Source: Phycisphaerae bacterium (lineage in GTDB: Bacteria > Planctomycetota > Phycisphaerae > SM23-33). Taken from it: a DNA stretch of 64,000 bases. Where the stretch lies: the NCBI GenBank assembly GCA_041687095.1, contig JAWLCQ010000001.1, positions 25,664 to 89,663 of the forward strand. Direction: 5' to 3'. Position 1 is the stretch's first letter. Each line of letters starts with the position of its first letter. Of the stretch, positions 25,801-34,448 are shown piece by piece. Position numbers and translations under genes: made by a program. Under the pieces are notes generated by a model that ran no database searches, was not told where the DNA came from, and saw only the letters and a list, made by a program, of their open reading frames with translations.

Positions 25801-27586
25801 GAACCACGCCGCCGTCGCCAGCCTCCTCGAACGCGTCCGCCAGACCCGATCCCTTCGGCAGATGCGCCAACAGGAACGCCCCGGTGCGTTCGTCCTCTGC
25901 CTCGCTACCCCCGCCGCCGAACTCCGCATGCTCCTCAACACCGCCGTCGTGCACAACGACGACGTCGATGCGATGCGCTGGCAGCCCGCCGAGGCGGTGC
26001 GTGTCCCCGACCCCGCGGCCCGCAAGCGGGGCGAGTGGATCGCGGGGCGATTGGGCGAACTGGGCGCCGCCGCCCGCGTCGACCCCGCCGGGCGCGTCAT
26101 CGTCGAACGCGTCCCGCGCCCGGACAGCGAGGGCCACCAGCGCGAGGCGTACGCTCACATCGACGAGAACCCCTTCCGCCCCGTCACCACCGAGCCCGTC
26201 TCCACGTTCTCCATCGACGTGGACACCGCCTCGTACTCCAACGTGCGGCGGATCCTCGGGGAGAACCGCCTCCCGCCCCCCGGCGCCGTCCGCGTCGAAG
26301 AGATCGTCAACGCCTTCCCGTACCGCTACACCCCGCCCCCCGAAAACGCCGACCACCCCTTCGCCGTCCACACCGCCGTCGCCCGCTGCCCGTGGAACGG
26401 GGGCAACCGCCTCGTCCGCGTCGCCCTCAAGGGCAGGGAGGTCTCCGAGGACAAACGCCCGCCCGCCAACCTCGTGTTCCTGCTCGACACGTCGGGGTCG
26501 ATGTCCAGCCCGGATAAGCTCCCGCTGGTGAAGGAGGCGATGCGGCGGCTGGTGCAGCGGCTGGGCGAGAAGGACCGCGTCGCCATCGTCACCTACGCCG
26601 GGAACGCCCGCGTCGCCCTCGAGTCCAGCCCCTGCCACCTCCGCACCCCCATCCTCACCGCCATCGACGCCCTCCAGTCGGGCGGGTCCACCAACGGGGC
26701 GGGCGGAATCCGCGAAGCCTACCGCCTCGCCGCCGAGGGCTTCCTCAAGGACGGGATCAACCGCGTGATCCTCTGCACCGACGGGGACTTCAACGTGGGC
26801 GTCACCAGCGAGAGCGAACTCGTCCGCCTCATCCAGGAGCAGGCGAAGGGCGGGGTCTTCCTCACCCTCCTGGGGTTCGGGACCGGAAACCTCCAGGACG
26901 ACCGCCTCGAAGCCATCGCCGACAAGGGCAACGGGCACTACCACTACATCGACTCCCTCGACCACGCGGACCGCATCCTCGGGACCGGTCTCACCGGGAC
27001 GCTCCTGACCATCGCCAAGGACGTGAAGATCCAGGTGGAGTTCAACCCCGCCCGCGTGTCCAGCTACCGGCTGATCGGGTACGAGAACCGCGCCCTCGCC
27101 CGCGAGGACTTCAACAACGACCGCAAGGACGCGGGCGAGATCGGGGCGGGGCACACCGTCACCGCCCTCTACGAGGTCGTCCCCGCCGATGCCCCGCCCC
27201 CGCCCGACGCGCCCCCCGCCCCCGACGCCCTCCGCTACCAGCGCCCCGCGGGTCTGAGCGACGCAGCCCGCAGCGATGAACTGCTCACGCTCAAGCTCCG
27301 CTACAAGCAGCCCGACGGGGACACGAGCATCCTCATGGAGCAGCCCGTGAAGGATGGGGCCGGGGAGCTGACGGACTGCGAGTTCCGCATGGCGGCGGCG
27401 GCGGCGTCGTTCGCGATGATCCTCCGCGACTCGCGGCACGCGGGGACGTTCACGCTCGATGCGGTGGACGAGATGGCGCTGTCGGCCCGCACGGACGCCG
27501 ACGCCCGCCCCGCCGACTGGAACGCCGCCGTCGCCGATTTCCGGACGCTGGTGCAGAAGGCCAAGGAACTGCTCCCCGGGCGGTAG
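22805..27586 (+). CDS. Anti-sigma factor fused to a large extracytoplasmic region: N-terminal anti-sigma domain, one TM helix, repeat region, STN-like domain, C-terminal YfbK-like VWA (DUF3520)
   Basis: The start is 2 nt after the sigma stop. Anti-sigma N-domain (LLTAYALGECDETERSTVEAYLNAHPAVREELEDT), TM LWVPLSMAAGLVLGLAVMHVIL, four copies of Q(Q/R/D)HGGLLA(P/I)N spaced 20-50 aa, STN-like LDLHGVSLRDAMDSLRDITQANLHV, VWA MIDAS LVFLLDTSGSMSS...GGSTNGAGG...LCTDGDFNVG. Confidence 0.8.
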   Translation: MTHDDSHDTIAPALLTAYALGECDETERSTVEAYLNAHPAVREELEDTLRIGGLLSESFASELEAPPVLSLTDEQRNAIASVAENRPAPQLPCAVAQCGEPSRSARSAPPPLRRSLRLWVPLSMAAGLVLGLAVMHVILGSGARGTPEPHAEIIVAGATNAATSPPPAPAPAAGEALAADEPSLAAGETPLRPSVVLDPARETSPDAVTLAGNIENAPAIPGEPPRILAVPPPPVAADQIVSQMRFSESDPNGGKPLLDLEADYAFRSGSERFLRRPAPKRPQVASNTIQYIQEQHEGLLAPNAGTPVLDLTVDYARDGLDAYLRHALPDRPTVAYQNADYVLQRHGGLMAATGVNNCTYVADQHGGLLAPNVVTNGCLVMDRHGGLLAIDGTGTAVIPSPAESTGTRVTGLLVTPPDYVGGVNWSLEDTLRTQSGGVGSLTVGGEGRDIHGTLTRGASTACLSDLAAGGGLSPGLSSEPQYFFGLAGELHIGGEYTLGTLVPTAGIGDWDADGKGTYEAPGIVYKSGADSILDLTGVTSTYTSGTNIIGGKVKIASSDAVEPLAAVDVEALKEQARSRILESRFEEALQDVNQILRHDPQNAFAAQQQVLLANLVNVRRERRHRLALGAGDVYGCREIRGKISDNGPDMGNLILNSGGTLNGTREVTLLNRENDFSGDVTMGGGTLQIIAGAIPSATDLILNGGHATVAPPATGSGRRRDPLPWYDLLRYPSNWGSTGWAGEAGGAPVASDNDADQRAWERLNTRVPELDLHGVSLRDAMDSLRDITQANLHVKWLALQDAGIDENIEVENLKLTDVTARDALRALLDAISTQSGATEGDALAYVVEDGVVTISTAKDIARPTITRVYDVRGVMWQVPDFDELIRDLGAEAGPGVTVDSGLLFAAGHGSADVLSRSETGPFIDTTIATFSDGARLPSAQITQITLFGDDDDGCTRSERMDKIRRIIAQNVAPETWVPHGDIGAFSELSGQLVVTQTPRNHAAVASLLERVRQTRSLRQMRQQERPGAFVLCLATPAAELRMLLNTAVVHNDDVDAMRWQPAEAVRVPDPAARKRGEWIAGRLGELGAAARVDPAGRVIVERVPRPDSEGHQREAYAHIDENPFRPVTTEPVSTFSIDVDTASYSNVRRILGENRLPPPGAVRVEEIVNAFPYRYTPPPENADHPFAVHTAVARCPWNGGNRLVRVALKGREVSEDKRPPANLVFLLDTSGSMSSPDKLPLVKEAMRRLVQRLGEKDRVAIVTYAGNARVALESSPCHLRTPILTAIDALQSGGSTNGAGGIREAYRLAAEGFLKDGINRVILCTDGDFNVGVTSESELVRLIQEQAKGGVFLTLLGFGTGNLQDDRLEAIADKGNGHYHYIDSLDHADRILGTGLTGTLLTIAKDVKIQVEFNPARVSSYRLIGYENRALAREDFNNDRKDAGEIGAGHTVTALYEVVPADAPPPPDAPPAPDALRYQRPAGLSDAARSDELLTLKLRYKQPDGDTSILMEQPVKDGAGELTDCEFRMAAAAASFAMILRDSRHAGTFTLDAVDEMALSARTDADARPADWNAAVADFRTLVQKAKELLPGR

Positions 27587-27594
27587 GAGGTCAG

Positions 27595-27633
27595 GCGTGC
27601 AGGCGGCTGCGATTCGTTCCGCCGCCTGCACGC
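27595..27633. terminator. Bidirectional GC-rich hairpin between the convergent anti-sigma and glycosidase genes
   Basis: gcgtgcaggcggc-tgcgattcgtt-ccgccgcctgcacgc: a 13-15 bp stem in a 72-nt convergent spacer. Confidence 0.4.
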
Positions 27634-27658
27634 CCTGCCCCAGGGCCGCCTGGGCGCC

Positions 27659-29713
27659 TTACGCCTTCGGAATCTCGTACAGGCGGGCGGAGTGCGGGGG
27701 CAGCCAGGTGGCCACGCCCTCGGACCCGATCGTCACATCCTCGCCCGTCCAGAAGTCCTTCGCCGTCACCGCACCCGTGAGGCCCATCTGCTCCAGGGTG
27801 TACCCGGTGCACTGCGGGCGGTCCGTCCAGTTGAACAGGGCGACGTGCTTGGCGATGCCCCGCTGCGCGGTGCGGCTGCCTTGGGGGTAGTCCACGTACA
27901 GGCACTTGGGCAGGGGCGTTCCGGTGAAGGCCTCCTCGTCGGGGCAGTGCACCGCGTGCCCGCGGTCCATGTTCGCCATGACCTGGTTGAGCATCGCGAC
28001 CTTGTCCGCTGGCAGTTCCTCCAGCCGCCCGTCCACCTCCAGGCTGCCCATGGTGATGAAGGCGTAGGTGAGGCGGTGGAGGTTCTCGGCGTCGTTCATC
28101 TTGGCGCTCCAGCCGATCCCGTCGACGTTGGGGAGAATGGTGCGGCGGGAGGGCAGGGCGTGCAGGGGCAGGTTCCAGATGCTTGCTGTCACGTGCTCCC
28201 GCCAGTTGCATGCCCCGACGTCGATGGAGCAGCGGTGCGTCTGGGCGTACTTGCCCAGGAAGGGGTTGCCCATGGCGACGGCGACGCAGGTCATGAGGAA
28301 CCCGTCAGTGGGCAGGTAGGAGCGGATGGTCGACAGCAGCCAGTCCCGCCACTGCACGCCCGTGCCCGTGGCGTAGCGGATCGTCTCGGACTCCACGCCC
28401 TGCGCCCAGAAGTCCATCTTCATCGCCTCGTAGCCCCACTCCTTGAACAGGATGGTGAAGACCTTGTGCAGGTACTCCTGCACGGGGGCGAGCGAGAAGT
28501 CCAGATACCCGCTGTTGCCGATGCGGTACACGTTTCCGCTGGCGTCCTTGGCGAGCCACTCGGGGTGCTCCTTGGCGAGCGTGGTGTGCAGGCCCACCGA
28601 GGGCGTCCACCAGATCGCGGGGGTGAGCCCGGTCTCGCGGATCCGGTCGGCCATCGCCTTCATGCCGTTGGGGAACAGTTTCGCGTCGTGCCACTGGCCC
28701 TCGGGGAGGTAGAAGTTGGCGCAGGAGGGGCACATGACGGCCTCGCGGGACTGCCAGCCCCCGTCGATGAGGAAGTGCTTCACGTCGGGCATGTGGGCGG
28801 CGATGAAGCGGGCGGTCTTGAGGAGCTTGTCCTCGCTGATGTCGTGGAAGACCCCGTAGTTCCACGAGCAGTAGAACGCCTTGGTGAGCAGGATGTTGTC
28901 CTCGCCCTGAAGCGCGTTCTCGGTGGTGACGGCGTCGATGTATCCCGCCCAGGCGTCCTGGGGGTGCGTGCGCTCCAGGATCTCGTAGTACATGGGCTCC
29001 AGGGCCAGGCTCTCCCCGGGCTGGATCTCGAACCCGCCGTTGTGCATCGACCAGTGCATCTCGTAGGTGCGGATGGGCGCCCCCGCCCCGGCCGACAGGG
29101 TCCACTGCGCCCGCGTGCGGTCCTGGCGGAGCTGACCCTCCAGCAGCAACTGGCTGAAGCTGTCGTTGGTGAGCATCATCGCCGGGACCGCCTGGTTCTC
29201 CTGGTTTCCGAAGACGGTGTCCGTCTTGGGCAGGGAGCGGACGTAGGGGGATTCGGGGCGGCACCAGGGGAACTTCTCGGTGCGGACGTTGTCCATGTGG
29301 CAGTAGCGGGCCCGCCAGATGTGGTTGTCGCTGAACACGGGCTTCCCGCCCGCCGTCCCCCCCGCCGCCGCCCCGCGGATCACGTGCGAGACCGCCGCGG
29401 TGTTGCGGACCAGGCGGTCCACCCGCAGCGCCCCGTTGGGCAGCAGGCGAAGCGTGACCGTCTCCTCCAGGCCCGGGGCGCTGTAGGCGCCCCGCATCTC
29501 CAGCCCGTCGGGGATCTCGCGGACCTCCGTGCAGGCGAACGGCTCGCTGCCGGAGTGGGTGTAGTACTCGAACCCCGCCTTGCCCGTCCCGTGGTACGTC
29601 CCCAGGGACAGGCCGATCCCCTCCCATCCCAGGTTCCTGCCGCTCGCCTTGTAGCTGAAGCGCCCGTCGAGGACGCTGAGGGTTCGCTGGTGCTTCTCAA
29701 CCGTGGTGGTCAT
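27659..29713 (-). CDS. Alpha-galactosidase-like glycoside hydrolase (clan GH-D, GH36/GH27-like)
   Basis: 684 aa with KHFLIDGGWQ (GH27/36 DDGW-type substrate box) and YEAMKMDFW (KxD nucleophile region). TIM-barrel-like hydrophobic pattern. Confidence 0.65.
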   Translation of the reverse strand: MTTTVEKHQRTLSVLDGRFSYKASGRNLGWEGIGLSLGTYHGTGKAGFEYYTHSGSEPFACTEVREIPDGLEMRGAYSAPGLEETVTLRLLPNGALRVDRLVRNTAAVSHVIRGAAAGGTAGGKPVFSDNHIWRARYCHMDNVRTEKFPWCRPESPYVRSLPKTDTVFGNQENQAVPAMMLTNDSFSQLLLEGQLRQDRTRAQWTLSAGAGAPIRTYEMHWSMHNGGFEIQPGESLALEPMYYEILERTHPQDAWAGYIDAVTTENALQGEDNILLTKAFYCSWNYGVFHDISEDKLLKTARFIAAHMPDVKHFLIDGGWQSREAVMCPSCANFYLPEGQWHDAKLFPNGMKAMADRIRETGLTPAIWWTPSVGLHTTLAKEHPEWLAKDASGNVYRIGNSGYLDFSLAPVQEYLHKVFTILFKEWGYEAMKMDFWAQGVESETIRYATGTGVQWRDWLLSTIRSYLPTDGFLMTCVAVAMGNPFLGKYAQTHRCSIDVGACNWREHVTASIWNLPLHALPSRRTILPNVDGIGWSAKMNDAENLHRLTYAFITMGSLEVDGRLEELPADKVAMLNQVMANMDRGHAVHCPDEEAFTGTPLPKCLYVDYPQGSRTAQRGIAKHVALFNWTDRPQCTGYTLEQMGLTGAVTAKDFWTGEDVTIGSEGVATWLPPHSARLYEIPKA

Positions 29714-29746
29714 TGCATCGAGTCCTTTGCTGTATGCTTTCGAGGG

Positions 29747-30715
29747 TTACGAATTCGTGGAGACGGCCAGGGCGACGATTTGCGACTCCGGACCGTCCGC
29801 CCGCGGCTTGATGCCGCAGAGGAACACCTCCGCCGCGCCGTCCGGGCCGTACAGGAACGGGCGCTCGAGGCGGTGGATCGCCTCCCGACGCCCGTCCTCG
29901 TGGAGCACCTGCCGCTCCTGGACGACGGCCGGGGCGCTCAGGCGCCAGTCCAGCCCGTCGGGCGATTCGAACTGCACGATGGCGCGCTCGGAGGGGGAGT
30001 AGAACGTGCCCTGGTCCTTGAGGAGGACGCGGTAGCGGCCGTCCTGGTGCCAGACGAACGGGTCCTCGCCGGGGAAGTCGGCCCCGGCGGCGGCGAATAG
30101 CGGCGTGGGGTGCTTGACGAAGGGGCCCGTGGGGGAATCGGCAAAGGCGACCCCGTGCAGCACGGGCCCGTACTGGGGGCCCGGGTTGCGGTCCCCGACG
30201 CCCTTGTAGACCAGGAGGAACCGCCCGTCGGGCGTGGCGGTGCAGGAGGGGTTGGTCGTGACCTTGGCGTCCCAGGCGCCGGGCGTGACGTCCAGCAGGG
30301 GCGCGTCGAATCGCTCCCACGGGCCCTGCGGGCAGTCCGCGACGGCCAGGCCGATGCGCTGGTGGTTGCGGTGGTCCCACCACTCCCCATTGCCGCGATT
30401 GCCGTTGTAGTACAGGTAGTAGCGGTCCCCGAACCGCCTGACGGAGGGGTTGTGGGTCACGTCCCCGTCCCAGTGGCCCGGGCGGGGGGGCAGGACCACC
30501 TCCTCGAAGCGGAAGGGGCCCAGCGGCGTCTCCGCCGACGCGCGACAGACCTCCGAGTGGGTCACCCACGCCTCGAAGCCCTTCGCGACCGGCCAGCGCG
30601 AGAAGAACAGGTGGTGGGCGCCCGTGGCGTCCGTCACCAGCGACGGATCCCACACGCAGTACCCTTCCATCCCAAAGATCGACGAGGCCTTGGCGGGCTT
30701 GGTCACGATCGTCAT
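29747..30715 (-). CDS. Five-bladed beta-propeller glycoside hydrolase-like protein (GH43/GH117/GH130-like)
   Basis: WDPS, HLFFS, YYLYYNG, IGLAVADCPQGPWER and GVAFADSPTGPF blade motifs are typical of furanosidase-type propellers; 322 aa. The exact family cannot be assigned by eye. Confidence 0.6.
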   Translation of the reverse strand: MTIVTKPAKASSIFGMEGYCVWDPSLVTDATGAHHLFFSRWPVAKGFEAWVTHSEVCRASAETPLGPFRFEEVVLPPRPGHWDGDVTHNPSVRRFGDRYYLYYNGNRGNGEWWDHRNHQRIGLAVADCPQGPWERFDAPLLDVTPGAWDAKVTTNPSCTATPDGRFLLVYKGVGDRNPGPQYGPVLHGVAFADSPTGPFVKHPTPLFAAAGADFPGEDPFVWHQDGRYRVLLKDQGTFYSPSERAIVQFESPDGLDWRLSAPAVVQERQVLHEDGRREAIHRLERPFLYGPDGAAEVFLCGIKPRADGPESQIVALAVSTNS

Positions 30716-30951
30716 CGGCAGTGGTCCTTGGCCTCGTGGGTCCGGCGCCGCGGCCCAGCCGCGATGTTCTGCTCTGCAGTCATGAACGTCTCCATCCTTC
30801 TCCTCCGCCCGCGGGATGCCCCGGGCGGGCTTCCGCCCCGCCCCGAACTCTCGTCACCCCGCCGGGCGCCGGTCGGACAGTCCCCGAAGCTTACGACACG
30901 CGCACCGCTGGGGTCCAGTGCCCGGACACAATGCCCAGGGCCATCGCATCT

Positions 30952-31096
30952 CCGTGGCACGGGCGTCTCGCCCCTGCGGAGAGGCGAGAACGGCCTCGCG
31001 GCGAGCCCAAGCGCCCCCAATCCACGGGGGTTTCTCCGCCGAAGGCCACGGGCTTTCCTGCCCGTGGGACCCATGGGCGAGACGCCCGTGCCACGG
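30952..31096. repeat. Perfect 22-bp inverted repeat (CCGTGGCACGGGCGTCTCGCCC / GGGCGAGACGCCCGTGCCACGG) separated by about 100 bp, within a 476-bp intergenic region
   Basis: Arm 1 at 30952-30973, arm 2 at 31075-31096. The loop contains a further short hairpin, ccacgggctttcctgcccgtgg. No credible ORF. Confidence 0.7.
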
Positions 31097-31191
31097 AAAT
31101 TCTGTTCACCGCCGTGCTCGCACGAGCGCGGCGGAACAGGGGTCGCAGAACCCCCGGTGCCCTGCGGGTGCGCCCGCGAGAGCGCGGCGGC

Positions 31192-32700
31192 CTACCCTTC
31201 GGCGCGGCCGGGGCGGAACTGCAGATCGTACACGCAGTCGTTCAGCTCGAAGTACTCCTCGGCGTTGACGTCGGTGACGGGGACTCCGTCGATGGTCAGG
31301 TTCTCGAAGACGATGTCGCGGTGGCCGTTCTCTGCGTCCTTGCCGATGATCCGGCTCTTGCGGCAGTCGAGGTTCTGGCGGCCTTCCACGGTGATGTTGC
31401 GGAAGCGCAGGTTGCGGGTATTACCGTTGCAGAGGTTCCGCTTGCCTTCGGGCCACGGGTAGGGGCGGTTCTCGATCCAGACCAGGCGGCAGTTGGCGTT
31501 CAGGTCGCCCTCGATGCGGATGTCCTCGTAGCGGTGGTTCTTCACGCCGGTGTCGCTCGCGGTCCCGTCGATGACGCACTGGAACACCGCGTGCTCCGGG
31601 CAGACCTTGATGTCGATGTTCTCCGCCACGGCCGTGAAGTCGTGGTCGAGGGAATTGGCCCAGTAGCTCATGCAGAAGATGTTGTTGTTGGACGAGCTGA
31701 CGAAGGAGTTGCGAATGGCCATGTTCCCCCGGAAGTTGTCCCGGGTAAAGAACACGTCATCGCCGACGAAGGCGAAGCACTGGTCCACGAAGGCCGTCTG
31801 CTGGGGGTTGGGGGAGAGGTAGAACCCATCGGTGGACCCGTACCAGGGGGAGATCAGCTTGACCCCGTAGATCTCCTGGAGTCCGTAGAACGTGCAGTAC
31901 CACGGGGTGTTGACGATGGTGACGCCCTCGAGGCGGTTGCCCGTCGGGCCCGCCCCCCCGGGCCCCCCGGCCACCATGAGGTAGGGGCGCTTCTCCTGGG
32001 ACGACAGGCCCTCCAGCGACTCCCCGGGCCACAGTTCTCCGGACAGGACGCCCGGGCCCAGAATCCGCACGTCGCGCTGCCCGGCGAGGTCGAAGGTGCC
32101 CCGCACCCACGCCCCCCCGTCGAGGTAGATTGCCCGTCCGCTCTGCGCCCGGTGCCCCAGCCCGAGGGTATGCACCCCGGGGCCGAAGTACTCGGCCCCC
32201 TCGGGCACCGGCGGTTTGGGCGCGTCGGCGAAGAGGAACACGGGGTTCGCGTCGTCCCCGTCCACCGTCACCCACGCCTTGTCGAGGGGGGTGAGGGTGA
32301 AGACGGCCCGGCCGTCTTCGATCGCGGCGGCGATGGCCTTGGACCTGGGGCTGATCTCGACGCGCCCGATCCCCCCGGAGAGCTTGGTGACGCGCACGCG
32401 GACCGCCCCCGAGGTCCCAAACGTCGCGAAGCTCACGCTCGGGTGCTCCCCGCGGCGCCACCCGTAGCAGATGCACAGCCGGGCGACCTTGTAGAGGTAC
32501 ACCGCCTGCCACCCCGCCCCGTCGTGCACCTCGACGGTGTAGAGATCGGAGCGGTAGGTCTCCACGCCCGGGCCCGGGTAGATCTCCAGCACGGCGGAAC
32601 CCGGTGCGGGCGCCGCCGCTCCCTCGGGACAGGCGGGCGATGGGGCGGGCGACGGTCTCTGTGGATCGGTCGTTGCCATGGGGCTTCCCTTCTTGCTCAA
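31192..32700 (-). CDS. Right-handed beta-helix glycoside hydrolase-like protein (GH28/GH49-like pectin-lyase fold)
   Basis: 502 aa, N-terminal Pro/Ala-rich leader, then repeated beta-helix rungs (NIDIKVC, IRIEGDLNANCRLVWIEN, LRFRNITVEGRQNLDC, IVFENLTIDG). Alternative start MATT at 32679. Confidence 0.55.
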   Translation of the reverse strand: MSKKGSPMATTDPQRPSPAPSPACPEGAAAPAPGSAVLEIYPGPGVETYRSDLYTVEVHDGAGWQAVYLYKVARLCICYGWRRGEHPSVSFATFGTSGAVRVRVTKLSGGIGRVEISPRSKAIAAAIEDGRAVFTLTPLDKAWVTVDGDDANPVFLFADAPKPPVPEGAEYFGPGVHTLGLGHRAQSGRAIYLDGGAWVRGTFDLAGQRDVRILGPGVLSGELWPGESLEGLSSQEKRPYLMVAGGPGGAGPTGNRLEGVTIVNTPWYCTFYGLQEIYGVKLISPWYGSTDGFYLSPNPQQTAFVDQCFAFVGDDVFFTRDNFRGNMAIRNSFVSSSNNNIFCMSYWANSLDHDFTAVAENIDIKVCPEHAVFQCVIDGTASDTGVKNHRYEDIRIEGDLNANCRLVWIENRPYPWPEGKRNLCNGNTRNLRFRNITVEGRQNLDCRKSRIIGKDAENGHRDIVFENLTIDGVPVTDVNAEEYFELNDCVYDLQFRPGRAEG

Positions 32701-32773
32701 GGCCGCTGCCGTACTATCGCTCCGTCCCGCGGGCCGGTGACGGTGCGGGATTCGCAGAGCAGCGGCGGGGGGT

Positions 32774-34078
32774 TCATTCGTTGGCTCGGGGGGGGAGGTC
32801 CGGCACGATCGCGCCGTGCTCCCGGAGCAACTCGTGCAGTTCGGTCAGGGGCACCGCCTCGGGATCGACCCGGCGGCGGGCGGCGAGTGCGGCCAGCGCT
32901 CCGGCGGCCTGTCCGACGGCCATGCAGGTCGCCTGCACGCGGAGGGCGGAGTTGGCGAGGCGGTCGCTGGAGATGCAGCGGCCGGCGACGAGGAAGTTGC
33001 GGCTATTCTGGGGCAGCAGCGCCCCGCGGGGGACGGTGGGCACGACGCCCTCGGAGAGCGGTTCACACTGCAGCCCTCCGCCCGAGGACGTGTGCAGGTC
33101 GATCGGGTAGAACGAGTAGCAGACCGCGTCGTCCCACACGCGCCCGGAGCAGTAGTCCTGGACCGTGACCGTCCGCTTGCCCCGGATGGTGACCGTCTCG
33201 CGCACACCGCACTCGGGCGACAGGTGCTCGATCACCAGGGCCTCCAGGCCCTTCTGGCGGCGGAGGAAGCGGTACAGGCGGAGCAGCCCCCTCCGGGCCT
33301 CCAGTTCCAGCCGCGTCCTGCCCTCGCTGTCGCGGGCGTTGATGTGGTGGACGTGGCTGGCGTTCTCGCCGCGCTTTCGGAGCCACGTTCCGGCATCGGC
33401 GGCGGCGGGGTTCCAGGAGGCGTCGGTGTACTGCATGCGTCCGGCCCGCACTTCGGCGTCGAAGGCGCGGTTGATGGCGTCGAGGTCCAGGCTCGCCGGA
33501 TCATAGCCGCCGGCGCGGCAACTGAGGGTGGCGGGCTGGGTCTCGGGGGGGACGTGGAGGGCAAAGCCCGCCAGGGCGGCGGCGTTGGCGTCGGCGGTGG
33601 CGTCGATGACCACGGCTCCCGTCCGGGTGGTCAGCCCGCTCTTGGTGCAGAGCGTCACGCTCCAGCCCCCGTCCTGGGGCAGGGGGGTGACGTCGGCGAC
33701 CATGGTGTGCAGGAGGATCTCCACCCCGGCGGCGGCGACGCTCTCGTCGCACAGGGCGGCGTAGAGGAAGGGGGTCACGCGGACGTGGTGCTTCCAGTGC
33801 GGCTGGCGGAAGTCGCGGAAGTCCGGCACCTGCCCGCCGGCCTCGCGAACGCAGCGGGCCACGATCTCCCAGCCGATGCCGGCGATGACGGGGCGGCCCC
33901 AGGCGTGGAAGAGCCCGGGATACGCCACCCCGCCGCTCGTCGTGGTCCCTCCGAGCATGCCGTTCTTCTCGACCAGGAGCGTGCGGGCCCCGGCGCGTCC
34001 GGCCTGGATGGCCGCGACCACCCCGGCCGACCCGCCCCCGAGGACGATGACGTCGTACTGTGGCATGGAGGAGGTCAT
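32774..34078 (-). CDS. FAD-dependent oxidoreductase (FAD_oxidored family common in polysaccharide-utilisation loci)
   Basis: YDVIVLGGGSAGVVAAIQAGRAGARTLLVEK is a Rossmann dinucleotide-binding motif. The start MTSSMPQYD (aa 67 of ORF 32774..34276) avoids a non-protein-like leader. Confidence 0.75.
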   Translation of the reverse strand: MTSSMPQYDVIVLGGGSAGVVAAIQAGRAGARTLLVEKNGMLGGTTTSGGVAYPGLFHAWGRPVIAGIGWEIVARCVREAGGQVPDFRDFRQPHWKHHVRVTPFLYAALCDESVAAAGVEILLHTMVADVTPLPQDGGWSVTLCTKSGLTTRTGAVVIDATADANAAALAGFALHVPPETQPATLSCRAGGYDPASLDLDAINRAFDAEVRAGRMQYTDASWNPAAADAGTWLRKRGENASHVHHINARDSEGRTRLELEARRGLLRLYRFLRRQKGLEALVIEHLSPECGVRETVTIRGKRTVTVQDYCSGRVWDDAVCYSFYPIDLHTSSGGGLQCEPLSEGVVPTVPRGALLPQNSRNFLVAGRCISSDRLANSALRVQATCMAVGQAAGALAALAARRRVDPEAVPLTELHELLREHGAIVPDLPPRANE

Positions 34079-34448
34079 GGTCTGGGTCCGCTTGGCTCTC
34101 GACGCGTTGTCACACTCATCGTACGCAGCTCCTGTCGGCGGGCCGGTGGCGTTTCGGCGCCCGCAGGACGATCGGAAGGCTACCACAGGGGGATCGAGTA
34201 TGCTACGGCCGGAAACGAGAAGCCTCCAGGGCCCTCGCAACCTCGCCGTCGCGGGTGCCACGGCTGCGCTGTTCACAGCCGTGCTTGTGCGGGCTCGCGG
34301 CGGACCACGGGTTCTGCAACCCCGTGGGACCCGGCGGGATCTTTCCCCGGCCGGTCCAATGCGGTACGCTGATCCGTGCCGGGCGCTCCCGCTTGGTGCA
34401 GCGTCACCGGCCTGGCCGTGGAGCGCCGGTCCCCTGGGGGCCGGTGCG

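Noticed and set aside
33876-34448. First 191 codons of ORF 33876..35501
   Set aside because: Non-protein-like Pro/Ala/Arg-rich leader overlapping the divergent FAD-oxidoreductase start region. Esterase homology begins at MRSYSTMSQ.
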